The notes beneath the pieces are model-generated. The model saw nothing but the letters and a program-made list of their open reading frames with translations. It searched no databases and was not told where the DNA came from. DNA of 47,411 nucleotides, the filler included, from Streblomastix strix (Eukaryota), in assembly GCA_008636045.1 (NCBI GenBank). It is 2 parts of 2 records of this genome, joined end to end, with 100 filler letters (N's around TTAATTAATTAA, not from the genome) between each part and the next. Parts side by side here need not be neighbours in the genome. Positions count along the whole stretch, not along the records: positions 1 to 23,657 come from SNRW01000267.1; 1 more part is not named here. One strand, given 5' to 3'. Position numbers and translations under genes: made by a program. Below, piece after piece: positions 12,101 through 23,757 of this stretch. Numbering within the stretch: the stretch's first letter is position 1; every line of letters begins with the position of its first letter.

Positions 12101-15100
12101 CCTTGGTGTAGCTTCTTTTGCTTCAATTACTTTTTCAAAGCACTCTTTATTGCAGTAGACGAAGAAGGTATTGCAATTGAAGGAGGTTTCCGTGTTGTAA
12201 CAATAAGATGGTTTGTGAATATGTCTTGAAGGAGTCCAATATGACCAGTGCCAATTATACGTTTCACCCATCTTACAATCTCTTTCCCTCTTCTTATTGT
12301 ATAATCTATATCTCTTTGTTCTTCTTTTTCAGTTGCTTCTTAAAGAATTTTCTTTTCAAGATCAGAATCCATAGTTGCAACAGTACTAGCTTAGCTAATC
12401 TTATCAATTTAACTTTTGTCTTCATCTAACTATCCATCTTTATCACCACGTCCTTTCTTTTATTTCTTCTTCAAATATTTATCATCTGTCTTCTCATCAT
12501 CTCTATTCTACTTCTTACTTGATATTGAAGCTTTCTCACTTTTCAAAGATGGTGAATTAGATTTAGATATTTCAGTTGATCCAAGGCTTGCTATGGCATC
12601 TTTATATGCAGAAAATGTGAATCCGACAGTTAATGAAGAATTAAATATGAATATTGGAGCAATTAATCGATAAACACTCTTTTTCAAATGTTTTATAGAA
12701 ATTAAAAGCCAATAAGCTAAAATACCCAATTGAGGCATATCATTGCACACTTTTTAATGTTCATCTATCCACTTCTTCAATTTGGGCAATTTAGTTGAAG
12801 TTAATGGAGTTATACTTTGAGTAGATGATTAGCTAACTGAAGATGAAGAAGCTGATGATGCAGATGATTTCACAGACATTAATTACTGTGGAGATGTTGA
12901 TAACTATTAAATTGTAGGAGATGTATCAGACTGAGAAAATTAATTGAAATCTGGAGGTGGACCAGTTGGAGACAACCATCCTTTCAACTTTTGTTGATTT
13001 TATTTTTAATTTGAAGATTTTTTAGATTGATATGGAGGTAAATGAGAATAATTTTATAATAATTTAGCAGAAGTAGACCTCACAATCTCATCTTCAGGAG
13101 ATTCATCCTTTTCTGGTGATTTTGATAATTTATTCCTTTATTGTTTATTTGATACTATCCTCGGAGAAAGAGAAAGAATACGACCAAGAGGAGAATCGCT
13201 CTTCTATTTAACTTACATTTATATATCTTTTGGAGTTACTGGTTATGGCTAAACCATATTTGGCATTGTATGAGACCATTATCCCATTTTTTAAGATTAT
13301 TAAGAATGAGGAGTATGTGCTTGAGGAGAAGGAGTAAAATCTTTTTATAATGTATTCTTACTTGGTTTTCTTTATCTCCCACTTGGAACATCTCTCTCAG
13401 ATAATTGTTTGGTTATTAATATATTTGCTTTCATTAACATAGCAATAGCAATAGGTAACCTAAGCGCATTTAATTAACCATCCTTTCCCATTCTTAATAA
13501 TTCAATATACGCTCTGTCTGTTTCTTCAGTTATCCATTATTTTCTCAATGAATTTAATGAAAGACTACTTTTATCAGAAGATGAATCTTTCTCACTATGT
13601 ACAGATTCTTTCTTGGGTGTAATTGATACATGAGCTGTTGGTGTATCATTTGTTCCTATTGGAGGAACTAGTTTCAAAGGAGGATTAAGAAGAGAGTTTG
13701 TGAATATATGAGATATTGCAAGTGAATTACTGCCTTATAATGTACTAATTAATTATAACTTAGATGGACTCAATCCCTGAAGAGGTGACCCTTTAATATA
13801 TGATGATATTTATTTATGAATGAATACTTATTATTAAGCTTTAGTAGCTTAATAAAGAATATCCTAAACTATTCTAAAAATACTTTAAGTTACTCCGGCT
13901 CCAAAATATATTCCAAGTTCTGGTCCAGAAAGAGAATTTGTACTTGAATTGATACTTGGAGATGCGGATTTGAGTTTACTTTCTACTCCATCATTTTAAA
14001 CCTGGTTATTTTGAGGAGATTATTAAGCATTATTATTATCACTATTTGTGAGAATATGAATCGAGGCTGCCTATTCTTTGATATCAATACCCATTTTTAC
14101 AGCATTGGGAGAAAAAATAAGAGTTTTTTCAATATTCTATTCTGTAAGAACTAAAGTTGATGGATCAATACTACAAGCAAATACAGTGGCTACATTCAAT
14201 ACTGAAATTGATAATTGAATAGATTTTTAAACACTAAATATTGGATATCCTTCAGGCTTATATTATTCTCCACTTTTATCTTTTCCTTATTATCCAAATT
14301 CATTAAAAAATTCATCATCTTATTCATCAGAAGGAAAGAAGCTACTATCAGAATCGCTATCATCTTCATTTTTATAAGAATTAATAGTAATAGAAGAAAG
14401 AATAGGAATGCTACTTGCACTAGAAGTTGAACTGTTTGAATTAAATGAACTTATTGTATTTGGAGTATTTGGGCTTCCTTTCTTAATATTTATGTTTAAA
14501 CTTGGAGTTTATTAAGGTGATTAAAAAGAAGACAATTAATTTGATTATTTTTCAACATGTAAAGAAGTCATTTAAGATTATGGGAAACTAAACTTCTATT
14601 CTGATTGAGGTGCTAAGTTCAAAGCAGTAAGGAATCGAAGCAACCATCTGCGGGAAATACTACTAGCATCAACAGCTGTATTTGAGAATGCAGTTAGAAG
14701 AAGAAGCAAATATGGCTCAAAAGATGCATCTACGAAGAATTGAGAAAATGAATCTCCAAACTATTCAGCAAGACCTACAAGTAATAACATTCCACTATTT
14801 CTAGCTCTAAGCGATACACGTTTAACTTGTAAAATAACATTCCTTTATATTTCTTTCTATTCGTCAATATCTATTTCATCTTATTACTCAATAATTTTCC
14901 TCTTCTCATATTCCTATTTCTCCAAAGCTTCCTCTTCAGTTCTTGTCCAACTCAATCTACAATCACCTCCTTCAGAAGCTCTTAATCTAATTAATTTAAG
15001 TGCATCTCCCAAACACCCCATTAAATGAGGATCAAATTACTGAACTTCTTCAAATCCTTTTCCTCTGACCATAAAATGAATACTGCTATCACTATTCCAT

Positions 15101-18100
15101 GTTGATCTGTCTCTATGATCTGCAATATCATTCCTTATTTATGAAGAAGTTGTGGATGAATTTGAAGATAATGTTGAATTAGAAAGATTAGATCCAGTGG
15201 ATGTAAGTATAGAAGATTATAATGATGATGATGATGATGTAGATGATTACATAGATGAAACAGATTACTGAAGCTAAGGATTTGAACCTGAAATGAATTA
15301 TTATATTGGTTATGATTAAGATTACTACTAATTAGATATTTGTTACTGAGTTAATTAAGAAGATATTGGTTAAATTTATTACTATCTATCAGGTATTAAA
15401 GATGAAACTGGACTATCCGAAGAAGAGCGCCTCTCTCCAGATATAGCTCCTGATCTTTCTGTTCTGCCAAATAAATGTATTGCTTGATGAGGAAAATCTT
15501 AAACTGCATATTGAGTACTTGATTTTGATTATGCTCCATTTGATGCATTACTTGACTCTCTTGATCTTGAGAATGCCTAAGGTGATGGCCATGATTAAGA
15601 GGCTGGTTAAATTACTGTTGGAATAAACTTTCTAATTTCTTCAGATGCAAATTTTGCGAATCCACTAAGTGTTTCTGAAAAATCTTTAAATTTATCATCA
15701 TTGCAAGTAAGTATTTCAACAAGCAAAGATCGAACTCTATCATTAATACTTCCATATTCAATATTAAAATCTTAATTTTTTTCTTTATTTCTTTGTTTAG
15801 ATTAGAATCTAAGAGAGTTACTATTATCTTTATATGGCTTTGTAGAATGAGTATGAATAATCCATCTTGAATGAAAATATGAAATTTTATGAAACTTATT
15901 CTCCTTAAATAGTTTATCAGCTTCTATTAATGAAGTGAAATTATATTCATTACTTTTATCTGATTTATTTAAATATGAATCTGATTTATTCTATTATTAT
16001 TCAACTTCTTTTTCTTTTAATTTCCCTTTCGATTCTTCAACTTCTTTTTCTTCAACTTATATTTTTTCTTTTTCTTTTGTTTTAATGTGATCTTTCTCTT
16101 TATCCTTGTCTTTATATTTATCTTTTGTTTTATCCTTATCTTTATCTTTCTCTTTCTCTTTGGTCTTTTCTTTATCTTATTCCTTTATTTTCTTCTCCTT
16201 CTCCTTCTTCATCATCTTCTCCCTTTCCTTCTCTTTCTACTTCTCAATCTCTTTCTCTTTCTCTTATTCCTTCTCTTTTTCTCTCTCAATGTCTCTCTAT
16301 CTTTCATATTCATCTTCTGTAACCAATGGGGATATATATGGCTATTATGCTATGAATGGCATCTCCACACTATATCCATCTCCAATTACAAGCATAAGTT
16401 AAAGCAATTTCATTCCTAATAATAGCGATGTTGAATGAGGTGGCTTTAACCAAATCTCAGCATCTGAAAGTAACTTCTCTAATGCATCTTTGTCATTAGA
16501 TTCACCAGATGAATATAGATTTTATTGATCTTTTTCCATATCTAATTAACTAATCTTTCTCAAACTTATATCATTTGATTCTTCTTTATTCTTATCTCCA
16601 AATGAATTATTTCTTTTTTCTTTAAACATGTTTTAACTTTATGATAGTATTTCACTTCCACTGATTATTGTCACTGGTACTAATTTAAAAGCATATTGAG
16701 CTACATTTTATAGAATTGAAATTTGAAATATGTTTAATTTCTCTGGTTTCTATTAGGTAAGTTAATTTGGTATTTTGGGAGTAGAAATAGAATTAATATC
16801 GTGTCCTGATTATCTCCCAGGAGTCAGAGGTTGAATTTAAGGAAGTTGAGGAGCAACAAGTTAATTTCTTTTCTGTTACGATTTTTCAGGATATTTAAGG
16901 AAATTCTGCTTCAATAAATCGGTGTAATATTCGTTTTTATGCCTTTCACAAGCTCTGAAGAAAGGTCCAAATGGCCTATTATAATTCCAAACATCAAGAT
17001 AGCATTCTTTTTTAATGTATTTCTTCATTCCAAAACAATTGCGAGGAGAAAGAAATTCTGATATTATAACAGCTAATCTCATAGCAGATCCAATAGACAA
17101 TGGAACATATGGATTATTACGAAGACATAATTTATATAATTCAAAATTTTATTATGGATGCAATGTTCCATCTCGTTCTATTAAAAGGCCATTTTTAGTA
17201 TAGCTTCTTCCAGAATAATGTAATGCATCTAATCCAGGTGATTCAATTGACTAAACATCAGATATGGATTCACCTGATTATTCCAATGTTTCTACTATAG
17301 ACAATGGAGATTTAAATTTTCCATCTCCGAATTTGGTAACAACTAGATGTTCAGAATGTGGTGTATTCTTCTAGGTTCCTTAAGGTGATGTTTATTATTT
17401 ACCTGATTAAGGAGTTTTTAATTCTTATTATTAACCATTGATTTAACCTCTACTAATTGAAGATGGTGAAACTGGAGTAACTTTTGGGAGTGATTATGGG
17501 ACAACTTATGATGTATAAGGAATAGTAGCTGGGGATCCCTTTCTTGGTGTTTATTCTCTTGATTAAATTTATAATGGAGATGCAGATATTGGTAATGCTG
17601 ATGGAGATAATGATCCAATTGGTGAATTAAGTAATTATTATTATATCAATGATACTTATAATTCATTCTATCTGTTTTTCTCAAAATAGTGATCTTATGT
17701 GTGTAAGAGATTAGAATATGAGGAGAAAGGAGCATGAATGAAAAGAGTAATCAGTGCACTAAGTCCTCCAGATTATATGAATCTCAATCTCCATGTCCTC
17801 GGATCTGTTCCATATTATATCATCTTTATTTTTTCATTTTATGAATGATGCCTATGCTTATGTTATTGTGGAACATCTTCTTACATAATCATTATCTTTT
17901 AATCAATTTTTTCTGGTGTTAATCCCTTTTTTCTAGTTCGAATAAGAAGACGTTCAACACTCAATAAAGCATGTTCGCGTTGATCACGCATGCACGGGTT
18001 AAATCCACAACACATACAATATGCACTTATTGATTATGTACTTTTAGTTAATGAAGACATCAACATTTTGCCAGATATTTTATTGGGAATCTTTGAAGAT

Positions 18101-18453
18101 TTGAATATGTCAGCCCAGTCTGTATCAGCAGCTGCTATTTTGATTCTTCTTCTCATTTCTCTCAGCATTGTAGATGATTCAGAAGTACCACTTTCCCTTT
18201 TACGCAGTAGTTATTCAATTCTTTTAATTTCAAATTTGTTCTGAACTTCTTCATTTCCAGAAAGGCACGAAAGTTTAATTTTATCTCTAATTGAAGCATC
18301 ATCTCGCAAATAATATGAAGAATTCTCGGAGTGATGCAGATCTATGGACGAATTTAATGAATCGCTACTTAAAGCGAAAATATCGTTAATATCTGATAAA
18401 TAAGCAGAAAATTATGAAAGATCTGTTCCTTTCTATTTCGAACCCTTCAACAT
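3133..18453 (-). CDS. Giant ubiquitin-specific protease (peptidase C19, USP9X/USP24/USP34-like), ~5106 aa, single exon
   Basis: ATG at 18453 to TGA at 3133-3135, with no in-frame TGA found in a manual scan. Track ORFs 8854-9102, 12508-12750 and 16876-17100 are all in this frame. USP motifs occur in order: YRGIVNDANLCYMTALFQQLFM, NPQVQEDLFEF, KRTLFNDIPNTLIFQLRRFE, KINDRFEFPIEEELDM, YRLVGVVCHQGSIDNGHYFSFIR, WLVFSDTIV, SAYMLMYER. Confidence 0.92.
7864..10875 (-). other. USP catalytic domain, expanded to ~1000 codons by insertions
   Basis: Catalytic Cys codon 10843-10845, His codon 8056-8058, F-S-D at 7999-8007. The finger Zn-ribbon-like pairs are LLCEAGH and VECSTCRE (~9319-9342). Confidence 0.9.
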
Positions 18454-21447
18454 TATCTGGTATTTTAAAGTATAAGATTTATATAAAATAAAGAAAATTA
18501 AAGATTAAAATATTTAGATAATAGTGTATTCTCTTTGGTTTAATTGTTTATGGATTGATGTGAAGATCATAATTAAATAATGAGTTCATTTGGAGTGAAC
18601 AAAATATAATAACAAATATTCATTTTCATAAGAATATTTACGAAATTAAATGTATGAATAAAAGAATAAGAAGCAAGTTGAAATTATATTAATGCGATGA
18701 GGATATACATAATTAAATAAAAATTTTAGTTCTTTTCGTGCGCAATATAAATAAGGATTTATTCAGTATAATTACTAAGAAGATGATAAATTTTATGTGT
18801 TTGCTTGATTTATTTATATAAATAAAAACGAGGATGTTTGACTATCAAGTTAAGTGCTCTTTATTAAATAGAATTCTGCTAGCCCTTGCGAGAGTAAATA
18901 TAATTTTGGTTTATATTGCAAAATGACAAAATAATAGTATGAATCATATAATCATTAATTTAACATTTAAATTTTGTCGCAAACGCAGAAAAACCAGTGC
19001 CAATCGATATACATTTGAAATAAAACATTTTTATTATCAAGCAATATTTACTGATTTCATATTCCATAATATTTGAAAAATAATATATATAAAAATCTTT
19101 TTCAAACAAAAACTCTCATATTATCATAAAAATCTTCATAATTATTTACAATAATATTTATTTAATTATTTGATCGCACTACCATAAGGAGTTTTCCCAT
19201 TAATTAAAATTATTTACATTTATATTTATTTAATTATTTAATTCAAGTCTTTCAAGTGAATATTTATTTTTTGAAAATTAAAAATAATTCATTAATATTG
19301 ATCTAGATATTTTTTTAGAATCATTGCAGTTTCTTATATTTTTGAAGTAATATTATTTCAGAGCCAAGTAATCTAAAATGGAAAAGAAACTTTAGTTTTA
19401 TAGAAATTATAGCAATAATAATATTTACGATTGTTATAAAATTTTTAACTTAATTAAAATTTAGCTTTTGTGAATCAATAAGGATTGCAAGAAAAATCCC
19501 TGTTACAAAAGCAAAAGTTCACATAATTGCATGTTATCATTGAATATGAAAATAATTTGACATGAATAGAAAGATAATATATTCTTCTTATCTTTGCAAA
19601 TCCAAATTGAATTGATTAACAAAAGAAATTAATTAACATGATTTTTTAAAAGAAAAACTTATTAATAGACGAATTTTTAAACTTTTTAATAGCTAAGTTT
19701 TTAAATTAAAGTATAAAGTAACTATTACATACAATACAATTAAAGCTTTTGCTATTTGCATATAAATTCTCAGCCTTCCACCGATTCAAAATCTAACAAA
19801 CAAAAAAAAATATATAGCTATATTTTAGTTAACTATTTATTAGGCTTCAGATATAATTTAAGATAAATATAAATGGATATACTCATCAAATATAAAATAA
19901 AAATTTAATATAATTATAATTTTTTATTTAAATTTTAACGCTTGATTTTTCAAATTTATCTGTTCTTTTATATTAATTAATAGATATTTAAAAATCAATT
20001 AATTTGACTATCAATTAGTTTGACCGATCAAATACTTCGATTTTTTTTTAAATGTTTAATTAAATTTTTAATGAAATGAAAATTATTCAATTTATTATAT
20101 AAATTCTTGCAGTGTAACTTAAATTGTCCAATTATTTATATTTCGAGTAAAGATTGCATTGCCCTTTCTTCATCGAATTAACATATTTGATCCTTACATA
20201 AAAAAATGTTATTATAGTTGTGCATGCTCGCATAATCATAAATTTAAATTATATTGTCCTTTGAACAAATGAAGATATAAAATCGAAAATATTAAAAAAA
20301 TGAAACAATGACACAAATAAAGTCATCTATTCCGTTCATATTTCTCATTTTATCTAATGCTTAAGATGCTAGACGTAATAGTTATCAATATCTATAATTA
20401 CATAAAAACAAATGTTCATTTGTACGTCTAACACTTGATAAAAATTTAAGATTATATGATTTGAACAAACGTAAAAGGAATTTTTTCTATATTTTTACTC
20501 CGAAAATTGAAAGAAACACTATTTATGCGGATAGTTAAACAAAAAATACTTAACTATTACGATTAGCATAAAAAAAATACCAGTTTTTGATAGAATTCAA
20601 TAAAAATAGATAGAAAATAAAGAAATCTAATACAAAAATTAAAATAAACCATAATTTTATTTCTTATAAATAAGAATTCAAAATGGAAATCAAACGATTT
20701 CTCATTCTCCTAACTATATTGAAAAAATTTCAAAAATGTCTACAAAATAGAAAGAAAATATTTGAATATTAAAAAATATTATACTAAACTGAAATAATTA
20801 ATGTATAATATATTAGAGCAATGAAGAATTTTCAATAAAAGATGAATAGACCCATAATAGAAGCAATAACAAAACCATTTAGGAGAAATACATTCATCAT
20901 GATCTTAAAAGTCCAGAGTTATAATCTCATCTTAAGCCAAATGATTCAGGTTGATCTGAAATTTATTTTTATTATCAATTATATTTACTAAAAGTAGTTT
21001 ATATTGTTCATATAAATTCATCTAATAATTATTTTTAATACTAAATCTTTATTTTTTATTTCGAATCAAATAATTATTGCAATCATAATTAAATTGAGCT
21101 AATTGGTTCATTAATTTATATTTTGCATGTTTTCAATCATAATTAATTTCTTTTTACACTTTTAACAGCACATCGAGCTTTTCACTAATATTATCTATAT
21201 CATGCAATTTATTTAATATTAAAATTTAATAATTTTAACTGAAAAAGAATTTAGAATTTATTAACATAAATGTTTAATTTCATGTTTAATAATTTTTATT
21301 CATAGTCAATAGAAAAAAATCAATATTTAAAATCGTACCGAATAAAGGAGTTGAAATAATATATATTGACGGAACTAAAGTTCATTAATTTAGCCACGCT
21401 ATTTGTAACCATAATTTCCGCGCCAAATAGCAATAACAACCCAGCGA

Positions 21448-21636
21448 AATTCATCAATATAATGCACAAATGATATGGACAATTCTAAACAAATAATTAT
21501 TACCCAAATGAATACAATTCATTAATATGATGCACAAATGATATGGACAATTCTAAACAAATAATTATTACCCAAATGAATATAATTCATCAATGTGATG
21601 TACAAATGATGTGGATAATTCTAATCAAATACTTAT
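21448..21636. repeat. 68-bp tandem repeat, ~2.8 copies
   Basis: The unit beginning aattcatcaatataatgcacaaatgatatggacaattctaaacaaata recurs at 21448, 21516 and 21584. The third copy is more diverged. Confidence 0.9.
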
Positions 21637-21667
21637 GACACATTCATCATCAAAAATAATAACGTCG

Positions 21668-23657
21668 TCACTCATATATATAGTGATAAGCATTAATTTC
21701 ATTCATAAATGGAGCACAACATCGGTTAGATAGCACAACAATTTTATTATAAATTCCTGTGAGTGCAGATTTTTCAGTACTAATCAAAGACATTAATCCC
21801 CATTTTCATCTATAAATTACTAGTTGTCACATTGATGTTACATCCATCATTCAAGCATTTAATATAGTCATTAGTTGTTAGATTTGCCTTCTTTTTACTA
21901 ACTCTTTTCATCTTATTCACTAATGACACCATGTCATCAATTTACTTATTTCCATTGTATAGACTATAACATTTAGGTGCAAGACAAACGATATTTTCAT
22001 CTTATGATTCGGTAGTGGTTCCCATTAATTTCTTCTCTTCAGCAGCAGTACAATCATTCCATGGAAGTCACTTTTTGTAATGTTAGTCATATAACCTCTA
22101 GTCACTAATCACATATTTCAATCCTTATTTATAACCTTCAATTTTTGATCTCTCAATAGCTAAATACATTGAATCAGTATTCATGTTACAGAAATGAACC
22201 CTATCCATATCAATACATTAATAGAGGAAGTTATATACAAAATTTTGATACTGAAATTTGCTATTATCTAGTGTAAATACTGCATTTTAAAGTGGTTTAT
22301 TACATTTAAATTATCTAGGAGATTCACTAACCATATTATGCTTCTTCAATTACTTCACCATCAGAATTTTATATATCATCAATTATTTTTCCAGTTGCCT
22401 TATGGTCATATTTCAATTACTTGAGTGATGCAAGTTTAGCATTATTAAAAGATATCTTATCAAATTTAGCATTATTTTACCCTTCACCACCAAAAGCACA
22501 ATTTAGAATTTGTTTGTAGTACAGTGATTTTGTATCATTATGTTGGCTAATTGCTTCTTATCTCTTACTCATCATTGTATGTGCAAGTGATTCAAATCCT
22601 AAGTGTTTATTGACTAATGCAATTGAGTCAATGTCGTCAATAATAAAGTTACAATAATCAATCAAGATTCATAAAATATAACTTGTGATGCTCATAAATT
22701 GTTCGTATGTTGATAATAAGGCTGTTAGTTTTGTAATTGGTTTGTCAACAGTTAACCCTTATGCCAGCATTTTATTATACACAAATTCTCCTATCTTTTA
22801 AATTGAATAATTATGTACTGATTTTTTCCATATATGTGCTAAATTTATGTGTGAATTAATATGTTTTTCATCAATGTGACCTTTAAATTTGACACAAAAC
22901 AGTTATCTTTTATCAGTGCATCTATCATTATTCATAATTATATCTATTGCTTTCTATATCTAATAGTGTGTGTTACATTTGAATTAATTAGTTAATCCAC
23001 CTGTTTGATATATTTGATGATTTGAATAAGGATTATTTTTGTTAAAGATACCACTAAATTCAGTGGGATAGAGAGAGTTGAAATCTAAGTCAAGTATATA
23101 AGTAATTGTATGTTGGGTATTATATGATGTAATTGTTTTAGTTACATGATTATATCTAAGTTTTTTTATGTGTGAGATCCGTTTTTAATTATATTAATGA
23201 TATACATTAGACAGTCCACCCTATATACATTCCTTTAACATATTATATTCAGATTCATTATTAATTGTCATAGGCAAATGTTCATGAATAGCATATTTCA
23301 TCAATTGTATCTATAATTTATTAGTATCATTATCATTATCTTCCTTAACTATATTACATATTTAACATGCTAGTTAACAATTCTATTTTGTGTGGCTAAT
23401 TGAATTTTCAATTCTGTCCAATGTAGGTCTGTTTTCTTTAGTGAATTTGTTGTGATATAGATGACATGTTTCACTGGCTACTTTATCTCTAATCCAATCA
23501 ATGTCATCCTCATTAGCATTAATAGTAGTGTCTCTTTTTGCATATCCATCTTGGGTGACATATCCTTTGACTTTGTTATTCAACCAGTATTAAGTAACTT
23601 CAAACTATTCAAAACGAATAACTATATTATAACTTGCATTGATGTCAAATTTTCTAT
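21668..23657 (-). pseudogene. Polinton/Maverick-type (protein-primed) family B DNA polymerase, C-terminal ~660 codons, with internal HNH-like domain; inactivated
   Basis: TAR=Q translation gives ECIQGGLS (YxGG motif), motif A LDFNSLYP (~23065-23088), motif B KQILNCAFG (~22489-22515), motif C CNMNTDSMY (NTDS 22170-22181) and CLAPKCY. In-frame TGA at 22669 and 22068, frameshifts near 22330 and ~21790. The 5' part is cut by the contig end. Confidence 0.88.
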
Positions 23658-23757
23658 NNNNNNNNNNNNNNNNNNNNNNNNNNNNNNNNNNNNNNNNNNN
23701 NTTAATTAATTAANNNNNNNNNNNNNNNNNNNNNNNNNNNNNNNNNNNNNNNNNNNN
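23658..23757. other. Artificial contig linker N44-TTAATTAATTAA-N44
   Basis: Exactly 100 nt and symmetric, with a palindromic all-frame stop cassette at 23702-23713. Unrelated ORFs are cut off on each side. Confidence 0.95.

Noticed and set aside
16080..16420. Three overlapping hydrophobic plus-strand ORFs resembling membrane proteins
   Set aside because: They are the antisense of the K/D/R/E-rich segment of the USP gene.
20820..20955. Plus-strand peptide EKYIHHDLKSPEL resembling a kinase HRDLK loop
   Set aside because: The frame is short and bounded by TGA, and no other kinase motifs (VAIK, DFG, APE) are present.
21448..21636. Possible CRISPR-like array (also considered for 35221-35632)
   Set aside because: Both are head-to-tail tandem repeats with no unique spacers, in a eukaryotic context with no cas genes.
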